NCBI GenBank assembly: GCA_040509415.1 | Contig: JBEVLC010000286.1 | Location: forward strand, 1-63,270 | Direction: 5' to 3' | From: Baekduia sp. | Lineage (GTDB): Bacteria; Actinomycetota; Thermoleophilia; Solirubrobacterales; Solirubrobacteraceae | Length of the DNA: 63,270 nt | Part shown: piece after piece, positions 31,874-42,081 of the stretch | How the letters are laid out: every line of letters starts with the position of its first letter | How positions within the stretch are numbered: position 1 is the first letter of the stretch | Notes under the pieces: model-generated | The model's database searches: none | The model's input: the letters and a program-made list of their open reading frames with translations, nothing else | Told to the model about the DNA's origin: nothing | Program-made: the position numbers and the translations under genes

Positions 31874-33526
31874 TCAAGCCGCCTTGCGCAGCTCCTTGGC
31901 ATGCCGCCGTGCCGCCACGTCGTCGGCCGGTGCGCCGAGCATGCGGACGAGCTCGCCGACGACCTGCTTCTCGGCCAGCTCGGTGACGGTCGTGATCGCC
32001 GGCTCGCGGGTGACGTCCTTGGCGATCGAGAAGTGGCGGTTGGCCAGCGAGGCGACTTGGGGCAGGTGGGTGATGCAGACGACCTGACGGCCTTCGGCCA
32101 GCGAGCGCAGCTGCTCGCCGACGGCGCGGGCGGTGTGGCCGCCGATGCCGGCATCGACCTCGTCGAAGACCAGCACCGCTCCCCCGCCATCGTTGGCGGC
32201 GCCCATCAACGCCAGCATGACGCGCGACAGCTCGCCACCCGAGGCGGTCTCGCGCAGCGGCGCGGGCGGCACGCCCGGGTTGGGCGCGATGAGGAACTCG
32301 ACGGCGTCGGCGCCGGTGGCGCCCGCGTCGCGCTCCGCCAGCGCGATCTCGAAGGTCGCCGCCTCCATCGCCAGCTCCGCGAGCCGGCCGCGAACGTCGA
32401 CCGCCAGCGTCTTGGCCGCCTTCACCCGCGCCTTGCGCAGCTCCAGCGCCAGCGCACCCCGCGCGGCGACAGCCTCAGCCAGCTCCGCCTGCGCCTCCTC
32501 CAGCGCCACCTCGGCGCGATCCAGCTCGGCGACGCGCGTGCGGCACTCGTCAGCGTGCGCCAGCACCGAGGCGATCGTGCCGCCGTGCTTGCGCTTCAAG
32601 CAATCCCACGCGGCGAGGCGCTCCTCGACGGCATCCAGTCCACCGTCCTCGGCGTCGAGGCCCTCGCCGTAGACGCGCAACTCCGCCGCCAGATCGTCGG
32701 CCTCGATCGCCAGCGCCCGCCAGCGCTCGCCCAGCGCGTCCAGCGCCGGATCGACCCCGTCGACGCCGTCCAGCAGCGCACCGGCCGACGCCAGCACACC
32801 AGCGACGCCGCCCTCGTCGGCCACGACCGCCTCGGCCGCCCCCAGCGCCGCACCGCGTAGCGCCTCGACGTGGCGCAGCCGATCGCGCCGCGCGGTCAGC
32901 TCCAGCTCCTCGGCCTCCGACGGCTCAGCCGCCTCGATCTCCGCCAACTCGAACTGCAGCAGATCCAGCTCACGATCCCGCGCGCCCGCGCGCTCGCGCA
33001 GATCCTCCAACGACCCCTCCAAAGAGCGCACACGCGCATGCAGCGTCGCATAACGGTCCCGCCGGCCCGCCTGGGCCGGACCGCACGCCGCATCCAGCAG
33101 CTCCAGCTGCGACGAGGCCAGCGTCAGCTTGCGGTGCTCGTGTTGGCCGTAGAACGCGATCAGCCCCTCGGCCGCCTCACGCAGGTCGGCCACCGACGCC
33201 GAGCGCCCGTTCAGGTACGCCCGCGTGCGTCCCTCCCCAGAGACCCGCCGCGCGAGCACTAACTCGTCCGCGTCGGGCGCGACCCGATCGCCGAGCAGTG
33301 TCCGCAACCCCGCAGGCAGGTCGAACACGCCCTCGACATAGGCCTCCGCCGCACCGGGGCGCACGATTCCCGACCGCGCGCGACCTCCGAGCAGCAGGTC
33401 CAGCGCATGGGCCAGCACGGTCTTGCCCGCGCCGGTCTCACCCGTCAGCACGTTCAAGCCGGGCGCGAGCCGCAGCTCGGCCCGCTCGATCAGCAGGAGG
33501 TTCTCGACACGCAGCTCATGGAGCAC
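31874..33526 (-). CDS. recN: DNA repair protein RecN
   Basis: TGETGAGKT, SGGELSRVMLAL, FDEVDAG, CITHLPQVA. Confidence 0.97.
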   Translation of the reverse strand: MLHELRVENLLLIERAELRLAPGLNVLTGETGAGKTVLAHALDLLLGGRARSGIVRPGAAEAYVEGVFDLPAGLRTLLGDRVAPDADELVLARRVSGEGRTRAYLNGRSASVADLREAAEGLIAFYGQHEHRKLTLASSQLELLDAACGPAQAGRRDRYATLHARVRSLEGSLEDLRERAGARDRELDLLQFELAEIEAAEPSEAEELELTARRDRLRHVEALRGAALGAAEAVVADEGGVAGVLASAGALLDGVDGVDPALDALGERWRALAIEADDLAAELRVYGEGLDAEDGGLDAVEERLAAWDCLKRKHGGTIASVLAHADECRTRVAELDRAEVALEEAQAELAEAVAARGALALELRKARVKAAKTLAVDVRGRLAELAMEAATFEIALAERDAGATGADAVEFLIAPNPGVPPAPLRETASGGELSRVMLALMGAANDGGGAVLVFDEVDAGIGGHTARAVGEQLRSLAEGRQVVCITHLPQVASLANRHFSIAKDVTREPAITTVTELAEKQVVGELVRMLGAPADDVAARRHAKELRKAA

Positions 33527-33553
33527 GGCGCAAGGTCTAACACCCCTGTCGGA

Positions 33554-33567
33554 CGAACACGCGTTCG
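33554..33567. promoter_or_regulatory. LexA SOS box upstream of recN
   Basis: CGAAC-ACGC-GTTCG, 27 bp upstream of the recN start. Confidence 0.8.
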
Positions 33568-33616
33568 CACGCGATCTTGCGCCATCCCGTCGCAGATCCG
33601 CGACGAACCGCGCGTC

Positions 33617-34471
33617 CTACGACGCCAAGCGCCCGAACCGCTCCCGCACCCGCAGGTAGAACGACGACCCCGGCAACTGCGCCAGATCCGCCGCCTCGCT
33701 GACGAACCGCGACGCCAGTGCCTCCCCCGGGCCCAGCTCGCCCGCTGGCCGGCCGTCGATCGACACGTCGACCGGCTCCAGCGACCGGTTGTGGACCTCC
33801 AGCACGTCGGTCGGCGAGACCACCAGCGCCCGCGCCGTCAACGAGTGCGGAGCGATGAACGACACCACGTAGCCCTCCACGCCCCATGCGAGCACCGGGC
33901 CGCCGTTGGCCAGGTTGTAGCCCGTCGATCCTGCCGGCGTGGAGATCACCAGCCCGTCGCAGCGGACCTTGCCGACCTCCTGGCCGTCCACCACATAGGC
34001 CAGCGTCGCCACGCGCTCGCCGAGCTTGCGGTGAAAGGACACGTCGTTGATCGCCGCCTGCTCGCCACCGGGCGTCTCCAGCGCCAGCGCGGGCAGCGTC
34101 AACACGTCGAACTCGCCGCGAAACGCCTTGGTGAAGCCGTCGCCGACCTCGTCAGGGTCGATTGTCGCCAGGAACCCGACCTCGCCGAAGTTCACGGCGA
34201 ACACCGGGACGCTCGTGCCGGCATAGCGGCGCAACGCGCGCAAGATCGTGCCATCGCCCCCGAGCACCACGCAGAGGTCGACATCATCGCTCAGCGGCGC
34301 ATCCAGCTCGAGCCCCTCCGCCGCCACCAGACCATGCTTGCCGACCTCCTCACGATCGAAACGCAGGACGAACCCGGCATCGATCGCCGCCCGCCGCAGC
34401 GAGTCCAGCGCAGCCGCCGTCTGCCCCGGCCGGCCATGGGTCAACACGGTCGCGGTCTTCGGTGCGCTCAT
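33617..34471 (-). CDS. nadK: NAD kinase
   Basis: GGDGT, AIND, DGLVISTPAGSTGY. Confidence 0.96.
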   Translation of the reverse strand: MSAPKTATVLTHGRPGQTAAALDSLRRAAIDAGFVLRFDREEVGKHGLVAAEGLELDAPLSDDVDLCVVLGGDGTILRALRRYAGTSVPVFAVNFGEVGFLATIDPDEVGDGFTKAFRGEFDVLTLPALALETPGGEQAAINDVSFHRKLGERVATLAYVVDGQEVGKVRCDGLVISTPAGSTGYNLANGGPVLAWGVEGYVVSFIAPHSLTARALVVSPTDVLEVHNRSLEPVDVSIDGRPAGELGPGEALASRFVSEAADLAQLPGSSFYLRVRERFGRLAS

Positions 34472-35283
34472 GAGGCCTCGACCGCCTCGACGGCCGTCGC
34501 GGCCGCGACGATCCCCTCGTCGTCCAACGCGCCTGCGCGCCCCGCCTCGGCCAGCCAGACGAAGGACTCCAGGTTGCCCTTGGGCCCCGGCAGGCCCGAC
34601 GAGGCGAAGCCAAGGACCGAGGCGGCCGCGCCATCGCGCGCCGAACGGGCCACGGACACCAGCGCATCGCGGCGGTCGCCCGCCTCGCGGACCACACCCC
34701 CGCTGCCGATCTTGTCCCGCCCCACCTCGAACTGCGGCTTGATCATGGCCAACGCGTCGAACCCTTCAGAAGCGGTGCAGGCCAGCACCGCCGGCAGCAC
34801 CTTGGACAAGGAGATGAACGACACGTCGGCGACCACGAGGTCCGGCCGATAGGGCAGCTCGTCGGCCGACATGCGGCGCGCGTTGGCGCGCTCGATCACC
34901 GTCACGCGCTCGTCGGTGCGCAGCGACCAATGCAGCTCACCGTAGGCAACGTCGTAGGCGACGACGTGCGCCGCCCCTTCCTGCAGCAAGAAGTCCGTGA
35001 AGCCCCCGGTCGAGGCCCCCACGTCCAGGGCCTGCCGTCCGGCGATCGAGATCCCGAACGCCGCCGCCGCGTTGGCCAGCTTCACACCCCCGCGCGAGAC
35101 GAACCGCGGCCGCTCGTCGACCGCGATGACCACGTCCTCGGGCACGAGCTGCCCGGGCTTGGCCGCACGATCGCCACCCGTGCCCACCCGGACCTCGCCC
35201 GCCATGACGGACGCAGCCGCGCGCGAGCGCGAGTCAAACAGACCGCGCTGATGCAAGAGGGTGTCCAGCCGGACCTTGGCCAC
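34468..35283 (-). CDS. tlyA: TlyA family rRNA methyltransferase
   Basis: S4 domain, VSRGGVKL, DVGASTGGFTD, DVSFISL, KPQFE. Confidence 0.96.
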   Translation of the reverse strand: MAKVRLDTLLHQRGLFDSRSRAAASVMAGEVRVGTGGDRAAKPGQLVPEDVVIAVDERPRFVSRGGVKLANAAAAFGISIAGRQALDVGASTGGFTDFLLQEGAAHVVAYDVAYGELHWSLRTDERVTVIERANARRMSADELPYRPDLVVADVSFISLSKVLPAVLACTASEGFDALAMIKPQFEVGRDKIGSGGVVREAGDRRDALVSVARSARDGAAASVLGFASSGLPGPKGNLESFVWLAEAGRAGALDDEGIVAAATAVEAVEAS

Positions 35284-35620
35284 GAGGCCGACACCGTACC
35301 GTCGTCGCGCTCAAACACCCGAAACCGGGGCACGCAGACCCACTGTGTCCGTGATCACAGTGCGGTGCCTTGATCCGCGACATAGTGATTGCAGAGCGAA
35401 CGAGACGGCCATCGGGACAGGCCGGCAGCACCAAGACTTCCCTCATCGCTCGCCGGCCCCGGCCGGTCCCACATACGACACATAGCAGTATCTCTCCTCC
35501 CCGAAACGGCCTGCCTCTCCCGGCGGGTCGTTTCATTTAAGCCACCGGTCGACGGACGCTCTACCGATTCTGTCGAGCTGCGCTCCAGAACTCGCGCGCA
35601 GCGGCCGACCACCAAAAGCG

Positions 35621-36868
35621 ATGGCCGAGCATCTTGCTTTGGCGGCCACCGCGCCCCCCGCACCGCCGATCGCCTCAGACGTCGAGGTCCTCTTCGCGCG
35701 CCAGCCGATCCTGGACGCCGACAGTCGGCTGGCCGGCTACGAGCTGCTCTACCGTGGCGAGACCGGCGCCGAGAGCCCGCACGCCGCCACCTCGCGCGTC
35801 GCCGCCAGCGCCCTGAGCGACCTCGGCCTGCGCCAAGCCACCGGCGGCGCGCCCGCGTTCCTCAACGTCACCACCGAGTTCTTGCTCGCGATGGACCCGC
35901 TGCCCTTCGGCCCGGAGGGCGTCGTTCTGGAGATCGCGGCCGACCGCGTCCCCGACGAGCCACTGATCGAGCGCCTCGGCCGCCTGCGCCAGCACGGCTA
36001 CATGCTCGCCCTGGACGGCTACGCCGGACAGCCCGCCGCCGAGCGGCTGCTGGACTTCGCCACGCTCGCCAAGGTCGACGCGCGCTCGATCGGCCCGGCG
36101 CAGCTGGTCGCGCTGGTCGCCAAGCTCCGCGGCCGCGGCCTGCGCCCCGTCGCCAACGGCGTCGACACGCACAACGATCACGACCACTGCGCCGACGCCG
36201 GCTTCGAGCTCTTCCAGGGCGACTTCGTCTGCCGCCCACGCGAGATCGTCGGCCACAACGTCCCGACGGCGTCGATCGGCGCGCTGCGCCTCGCCGCCGG
36301 GATCTCGGCCGCCGACACCAACATCGACGAGCTCGAGAAGGCAATCTCGCTCGATCCCGGCCTCAGCCTGCGGCTGCTCCGCTTCGTCAACAGCGCCGCG
36401 TTCTCGCTACGCCACCAGATCAAGTCCGTGCGCCAGGCGATCGTGCTGCTCGGCCCGCGCACCGTCCGCCAGTGGGCGATGCTCCTGCTGCTGTCGGGCA
36501 TCGACGAGCAGCGCGGCCCCCTGCTGATCACCGCCTTGTCGCGCGGGCGCACCTGCGAGGCGATCGCCCGCCGTCTCGGCGCCGACGACCTCGACGCCTA
36601 CTTCTTCACCGGCATGCTGTCGGTCGTCGACGCGCTGCTGGACCAGCCGATGGAGGAGGCGATCCGCGGCCTGCCACTGTCCGAAGACGTCATCGCCGCC
36701 CTGATCGACCGCGCCGGCGGCAAAGGCCGCACGCTGACGATGGCCGAGGCGTGCGAACGCGGAGCCTGGGACGACGCCGCGCTGCCGAACCTCGACGCCG
36801 GCGCGCTTGCGGTGCTGCACGTCGAGGCCCTGGCCTGGGCCGACGGCACCGCCGCCGGGCTCACGTAG
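35621..36868 (+). CDS. Degenerate EAL + HDOD domain protein
   Basis: FARQPI, YELLYR, FQGDF, DPGLSLRLLRFVNS, FFTGMLS. Confidence 0.88.
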   Translation: MAEHLALAATAPPAPPIASDVEVLFARQPILDADSRLAGYELLYRGETGAESPHAATSRVAASALSDLGLRQATGGAPAFLNVTTEFLLAMDPLPFGPEGVVLEIAADRVPDEPLIERLGRLRQHGYMLALDGYAGQPAAERLLDFATLAKVDARSIGPAQLVALVAKLRGRGLRPVANGVDTHNDHDHCADAGFELFQGDFVCRPREIVGHNVPTASIGALRLAAGISAADTNIDELEKAISLDPGLSLRLLRFVNSAAFSLRHQIKSVRQAIVLLGPRTVRQWAMLLLLSGIDEQRGPLLITALSRGRTCEAIARRLGADDLDAYFFTGMLSVVDALLDQPMEEAIRGLPLSEDVIAALIDRAGGKGRTLTMAEACERGAWDDAALPNLDAGALAVLHVEALAWADGTAAGLT

Positions 36869-36871
36869 CGC

Positions 36872-37828
36872 TTAGACGCGTTCGCGCGCGCCCGCGGCCA
36901 GCCACGTCAGCAGCTCGCGCGCCGCGTCAACCACGCCGCCCCAGCGCGCGAAGCCGTGGACCATGTCCTCGAAGACGCGGGACTCGACGGGCACACCGGC
37001 ATCGCGGAGCACCCGAGCGAGCGCGAGCCCGTCGTCGCGCAGTGGGTCCTGCCCAGCAACCGCGATCCAGGCCGGCGGCAGGCCGTCCCAGTCGGTGGCC
37101 AGCAACGGCGCGGCGTCCGGATCGCCTTCGCCCGCACCGTCCAGATAGAAGCCCCAGCACCGCTCCATGTCGGCGCGGGTGAGCATCGGACCTTCCGCGA
37201 ACGACCTGTAGGACTCGCTGTCCAGCGACGGATCCAAAGCGGGATAGGCCAACAGCAACGCGCGCAACGCCGGCAGCCCGTCGCTGCGCGCGTGGCGCGC
37301 CGCGACGACCGCCAGTTGCCCGCCCGCGCTGTCGCCACCGAGCACGACCCGCGCCGGGTCGATCGCCAGCTGTTCGGCGCCCGCGGCAGACCGCGCCCAC
37401 CCCACGACCGCGTCGGCATCGCCGATCTGCACCGGCCAGTGGTACTCGGGCGCCAGCCGGTACTCCACCAACAACACCTTCATCCCCGACGCATTCGCGA
37501 GCGTCCGCGCAACGCGGTCGAACGTCGGGATGTCACCGACGTACCACCCGCCACCATGCAACCACACCAACAACCCGTCGGTCTCGGGGAAGTGCTGCGG
37601 CGCGTACAAGCGCGCCGCCAGCCGCGCCTCCCCGCTGGGTACCACGAGGTCGACCGCCGAGGCCACCGGCTCGGCCGCGCCCCCGAGCCGCAGCGTCGCA
37701 TCGAGATACGCCGCCCGCTCGGCCGCCAGGTCAGCCGGCGCGGGCTCGCCCTCGCCGGCCATCGCCTCCAGCAGCGCCCGGACCTGCGGATGGACGGCGT
37801 CCAGCCCGTCGTCGCGGTCCGCGACCAA
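36872..37828 (-). CDS. Alpha/beta hydrolase, HSL/family IV esterase
   Basis: HGGGW, YRLAPE, GDSAGG, DPLRD, HGF. Confidence 0.93.
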   Translation of the reverse strand: MVADRDDGLDAVHPQVRALLEAMAGEGEPAPADLAAERAAYLDATLRLGGAAEPVASAVDLVVPSGEARLAARLYAPQHFPETDGLLVWLHGGGWYVGDIPTFDRVARTLANASGMKVLLVEYRLAPEYHWPVQIGDADAVVGWARSAAGAEQLAIDPARVVLGGDSAGGQLAVVAARHARSDGLPALRALLLAYPALDPSLDSESYRSFAEGPMLTRADMERCWGFYLDGAGEGDPDAAPLLATDWDGLPPAWIAVAGQDPLRDDGLALARVLRDAGVPVESRVFEDMVHGFARWGGVVDAARELLTWLAAGARERV

Positions 37829-37834
37829 CCGGGA

Positions 37835-39808
37835 CTACGCCTCCGAGAGCACTTCGCCACGGCCCGCGAACAGCGCGGCCTCGACGCGGCGGGCGATGTC
37901 GCGACCGGTGAAGCCGACCTCGGCGTGCAGCAGCGCGGGCTTGCCGTGCGTGACATAGCGATCGGGCAGCCCGACCCGCAGGATCCGCGGCATCGCGACG
38001 GCCGCGTCGTTCAAGGCCTCCCACACCGCCGAGCCGAAGCCCCCTGCCAGCACGCCCTCTTCGACCGTGACCAGCAGCTCGTGGTCGGCGGCCAGCGTCG
38101 TCATCAGCTCGAGGTCCAGCGGCTTGGCGAAGCGCGCGTCGGCCACCGTGACCTCCAGCCCACCCTCAGCGAGCAGGTCAGCGGCCTCCAGCGCCTTGCC
38201 GACGCCGCTGCCGTAGCCGACCAGCGCGACCCGGGTCCCCTCGCGCAGGACCTCACCCCGACCGACCGGGATCGCCCGCACGTCGCGCAGATCGGGCAAC
38301 GCGACGCCCACACCCTCGCCACGCGGGTACCGAAGACCGAACGGCCCGCCCTGCGTCAGGGCGGTGCGCAGCAGGTGCTTGAGCTGCGCCTCGTCGCGCG
38401 GCGCGGCGAGCGTGATGTTCGGCAGGCAGCGCAGGTAGGCGATGTCGAAGACGCCGTGGTGCGTCGGCCCGTCGTCGCCGACCAGGCCGGCGCGGTCCAT
38501 CACGAAGGTGACGTCGAGCTCCTGGAGGCAGACGTCGTGGACGATCTGGTCGAAGGCACGCTGCAGGAACGTCGAGTAGATCGCGCAGACGGGCTTGGCG
38601 CCCTCAAGCGCCAACCCCGCAGCGAACAGCACCGCCTGCTGCTCGGCGATGCCGACGTCGAAGTAGTGCTCGGGCTCGGCCTTCTGCAGGATGTTCAGCC
38701 CGGTGCCGGAGTTCATCGCGGCGGTGATCCCGACGACGCGGCGGTCGCGGCGCACCTCGTCGACGAGCGCGTCGCCGAAGACCTGCGTGTACTGCGGCGG
38801 TGCGGCCTGCGCGGCGGCGACCTTCTCGGGAGTCGGCTTGGCCACCACCGTCGGGACGCGGTTGGTGATGGACTTGGGCTTGGCGGCATGCCACTTCTCC
38901 ATGCCCTCCAATCCGCCGTCCTCAGCGGGAGTGAAGCCCTTGCCCTTGACCGTCGCGGTGTGGACGACGACGGGGCGGCCGGCCTCCAGCGCGGCGCGCA
39001 GCGCCAGGCGCAATGCCCGTACGTCATGACCGTCGATGACGCCCATGTAGGCCCAGTCCAGCTCCTCCCAGAAGAGTCCCGGCGCCCAGAACGACTTGAT
39101 CGACTCCTTGAGCTGGGGCCCGAGGCGGTCGAACGCCGCGCCGATGCCGCCGGGCAGCGTCGTCAGCTTCTCCTCGACACCCTCGCGGGCGTGCCACAGC
39201 TTGGGGTTGAGCCGGACGCGGTTGAAGTAGCGCGACAGCGCGCCGACGTTCGGCGCGATCGACATCCCGTTGTCGTTGAGGACGACGACGATCGGCGTGC
39301 CCAGGCCGCCGGCCTGGTGGATGGCCTCGAACGCGACGCCGCCGGTCATGGCGCCATCGCCGATCACCGCGACGACCTTGCCCGCGTCGACATCCCCCGC
39401 GAGCTTCATGCCCTCCTTGAGCCCGACGGCGTAGCCGATCGAGGTCGACGCGTGGCCCGCGCCCATGATGTCGTGCTCGGACTCGCCGATTGAGCAGAAC
39501 GGCGCGAGGCCCTCGTACTGGCGGATCGTCGAGAGCTCGTCGCGGCGGCCGGTGAGGATCTTGTGCGGGTAGGCCTGGTGGCCGACGTCCCAGAGGATCT
39601 TGTCCTTGGGCGAGTCCAGCAGCGAGTGCAGCGCGACCGTGACCTCGCACATCCCGAGGTTGGCGCCGAAGTGGCCGCCGATCTCGCCGACCGTGTCGAT
39701 GATGTGCTCCCGGACCTCCTGGGCGACCTGCTGGAGCTCGTCCTCCGAGAGGCCGTGGAGGTCCTGCGGGCGGTCGATGCGATCCAGGAGGCGGTCAGGT
39801 GAGGTCAT
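37835..39808 (-). CDS. dxs: 1-deoxy-D-xylulose-5-phosphate synthase
   Basis: WDVGHQAYPHK, GDGAMTGG, DVGIAEQ, YSTFLQRAFDQ, DGPTH. Confidence 0.98.
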   Translation of the reverse strand: MTSPDRLLDRIDRPQDLHGLSEDELQQVAQEVREHIIDTVGEIGGHFGANLGMCEVTVALHSLLDSPKDKILWDVGHQAYPHKILTGRRDELSTIRQYEGLAPFCSIGESEHDIMGAGHASTSIGYAVGLKEGMKLAGDVDAGKVVAVIGDGAMTGGVAFEAIHQAGGLGTPIVVVLNDNGMSIAPNVGALSRYFNRVRLNPKLWHAREGVEEKLTTLPGGIGAAFDRLGPQLKESIKSFWAPGLFWEELDWAYMGVIDGHDVRALRLALRAALEAGRPVVVHTATVKGKGFTPAEDGGLEGMEKWHAAKPKSITNRVPTVVAKPTPEKVAAAQAAPPQYTQVFGDALVDEVRRDRRVVGITAAMNSGTGLNILQKAEPEHYFDVGIAEQQAVLFAAGLALEGAKPVCAIYSTFLQRAFDQIVHDVCLQELDVTFVMDRAGLVGDDGPTHHGVFDIAYLRCLPNITLAAPRDEAQLKHLLRTALTQGGPFGLRYPRGEGVGVALPDLRDVRAIPVGRGEVLREGTRVALVGYGSGVGKALEAADLLAEGGLEVTVADARFAKPLDLELMTTLAADHELLVTVEEGVLAGGFGSAVWEALNDAAVAMPRILRVGLPDRYVTHGKPALLHAEVGFTGRDIARRVEAALFAGRGEVLSEA

Positions 39809-40683
39809 GAAGTCCGGGTGAAGATGAAGTCGGTGATCTGCTCAAGCTCAGCCGCGCCCTGCGGAGCGCAACCGGAAAGGGTAGCTCTGGCGGTGGCATG
39901 GCACCCGGCCGCGAGCTTTCTGGCGCCGTCGAGCCCGTACTCGGTGACGTAGGTGCGCTTGCCGTGGCGCTCGTCGCTGCCCTGTGGCTTGCCCAATCCC
40001 TCGTCAGTACCCGTCACGTCCAGGATGTCATCGACGATCTGAAACAGAACGCCGAGCTCACCGGCGAAGCGGCGCCATCCGACAGTCGTCTCGGCCTCCT
40101 CGGGCGCGCCCGCGAGCAGCAGCACGCAGATGACCGAAGCGCCGATCAGGCGGCCGGTCTTGAGTTCGTGCAGCCGCCGCAGGTCATCAGGCGTGTCGCT
40201 GATGCCGGCGACGTCGAGGTACTGGCCGCCGACCATGCCGTCGACGCCCGTAGCCCCCGCGAGCTCGCGCGCGGCAGCCAGGACGCGGCCCGACTCCCCC
40301 GGCTGGGCGGTCAGCAGGTGGCGGAAGGCCTCGGCATAGAGCGCGTCGCCGGCCAGGATCGCGACGTCCTCGCCGAACTTGACGTGGCAGGTCGGGCGCC
40401 CACGGCGCAACGCGTCGTCGTCCATCGCCGGGAGATCGTCGTGGATCAGCGAGTAGGTGTGGATGAGCTCCAGCGCCGCGGCGAGCGGCAGGACCGACGC
40501 GGTGTCGAGGCCGACGGCGTCGGCGGTCGCCAGCGCGAGCACCGGCCGGATCCGCTTGCCGCCCGCGAGCAGGCTGTAGCGCATCGCCTCCTCGAGGCCA
40601 TCGGTCCGCGGCGCGCGGCTGGGAAAGCGCAGGGCATCCAGGTAGACGTCGACCTGGGCGCGGAGGTGGTCGGGGTAGACCAC
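39805..40683 (-). CDS. ispA: Polyprenyl diphosphate synthase
   Basis: GGKRIRP, IHDDLPAMDDD..RRG.PT, FQIVDDILD. Confidence 0.95.
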   Translation of the reverse strand: MVYPDHLRAQVDVYLDALRFPSRAPRTDGLEEAMRYSLLAGGKRIRPVLALATADAVGLDTASVLPLAAALELIHTYSLIHDDLPAMDDDALRRGRPTCHVKFGEDVAILAGDALYAEAFRHLLTAQPGESGRVLAAARELAGATGVDGMVGGQYLDVAGISDTPDDLRRLHELKTGRLIGASVICVLLLAGAPEEAETTVGWRRFAGELGVLFQIVDDILDVTGTDEGLGKPQGSDERHGKRTYVTEYGLDGARKLAAGCHATARATLSGCAPQGAAELEQITDFIFTRTS

Positions 40684-40700
40684 GGTGGTCGCCGTCGCGC

Positions 40701-40919
40701 TCAGAGCAGGTGGTCCTGGCCGGGATGGGGCTCAGCCGCCGCGACCCGCGAAAGGCGGTCGAGCTCGGCGGAGGCCTGCGACGCGAGCGACGCGGCGTCC
40801 TCGACCAGCGTGGCGGCCGCGTCCGGGGAGACGTCACCCGAGCGCAGCTGCTCGGCGGTGCGCTCCAGGCGGATGACCAGCGCGTCGAGCTGGGATGCGG
40901 CGTCGTCGGTGGTGCTCAC
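40701..40919 (-). CDS. xseB: Exodeoxyribonuclease VII small subunit-like protein
   Basis: 72-aa helical hairpin RLE...QL.SGDVS in the usual xseB position before ispA; divergent sequence. Confidence 0.55.
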   Translation of the reverse strand: MSTTDDAASQLDALVIRLERTAEQLRSGDVSPDAAATLVEDAASLASQASAELDRLSRVAAAEPHPGQDHLL

Positions 40920-40956
40920 GCCGCCATTGTGCCGCAGCGGCCGGGTGGGACGCCGC

Positions 40957-41382
40957 TCAGGCGCCGTCGACCGCGGGGTCGGCGGCGGCGCGCTGCTCGC
41001 GCAGGGCCGCGGCGAGGATGCCGTTGACGAAGCCGGGCGCGTCGGCGCCGCAGAACTCCTTGGCGACCTCGACGGCCTCGTCGATGGCGCCCTCGGCCGG
41101 GATCGGCGTGTCGCCCGGCACGGCGTCGGGGTGGATCATCTCCAGCAGCGCGATCCGCATGATCGCCTTCTCCAGCGGCGCGATGCGGTCGATCGTCCAG
41201 CCCTTGGCGTGGCGCTCGATCACGCCATCAAGGTCGGCGGCGTAGTCGGAGGAGGCGTAGGCCAGCGCCCGCGTGAACTCGGAGGCGTCGCGCTCGAAGA
41301 GGTCGTCCAGCTCACGGCTGGTGACGTCGTGCTGGTAGAGGGCGAACGCGGCGGCGCGGCGCTGGTCGGTGCGGCGGGACAT
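40957..41382 (-). CDS. nusB: Transcription antitermination factor NusB
   Basis: ALYQ, W..DRI, IDEAVEVAKEF, FVNGIL. Confidence 0.96.
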   Translation of the reverse strand: MSRRTDQRRAAAFALYQHDVTSRELDDLFERDASEFTRALAYASSDYAADLDGVIERHAKGWTIDRIAPLEKAIMRIALLEMIHPDAVPGDTPIPAEGAIDEAVEVAKEFCGADAPGFVNGILAAALREQRAAADPAVDGA

Positions 41383-41395
41383 GCGAGCTGTCGCG

Positions 41396-41956
41396 CTAGA
41401 CGCGCGACATGTACTCCCCGGTCTCGGTCTGGATCTTCACGCGATCGCCGATGTTGACGAACAGCGGCACCTGAATCGTCGCGCCGGTCTCGACCGTCGC
41501 GGGCTTGTTGCCGCCGCCGGACGCGGTGTCGCCACGCAGGCCCGGCTCGGTCTCGGTGACCTCGAGCTCGACCGAGGAGGGCAGCTGGATCGAGGAGGGC
41601 TGGCCGTCCATGAAGACCACGTCGACCTCGTCTGAGGGCTTGGTCCAGCGCAGCGTGTCGGCCAGGCCGGCCGCCGGCACCGCCATCTGCTCGTAGGACT
41701 CGGTGTCCATGAAGTGCGCGTCGCTCTCATCGGAGTAGAGGAACTGCATCTTGCGCGCCTCGGTCCGAACGGCCCGGAACTTCTCGCCCGCGCGGAAGGT
41801 CTTGTCGATGACGTTGCCGTCCGTCGTGCGCCGCAGCTTGGTCCGCACGAACGCCGGCCCCTTGCCGGGCTTGACGTGCTGGAACTCGACGACCTTGTAG
41901 ATCGTGCCGTCGACCTCGATGTGGTTGCCGTTCTTCAGTTGGTTGGTCGAGATCAA
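41396..41956 (-). CDS. efp: Elongation factor P
   Basis: FQHVKPGKGPAFVR, PGLRGDT; TTG start. Confidence 0.98.
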   Translation of the reverse strand: MISTNQLKNGNHIEVDGTIYKVVEFQHVKPGKGPAFVRTKLRRTTDGNVIDKTFRAGEKFRAVRTEARKMQFLYSDESDAHFMDTESYEQMAVPAAGLADTLRWTKPSDEVDVVFMDGQPSSIQLPSSVELEVTETEPGLRGDTASGGGNKPATVETGATIQVPLFVNIGDRVKIQTETGEYMSRV

Positions 41957-42081
41957 GTTAAGGGCCTTGCTTTGCGGGCGGACAGGGCGCGGGCGAGCAG
42001 CCGGCGCGACACCGAATGGTAGGCGCCATCGGCATTCGCCTGCGGCCTCACACCCGCCGCACCGTCGCGTATCGTCGCGCC

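Noticed and set aside
35300-35357. UGA plus hairpin as a selenocysteine/SECIS signal
   Set aside because: Read-through is out of frame with tlyA, there is no redox motif, and the UGA lies within the stem.
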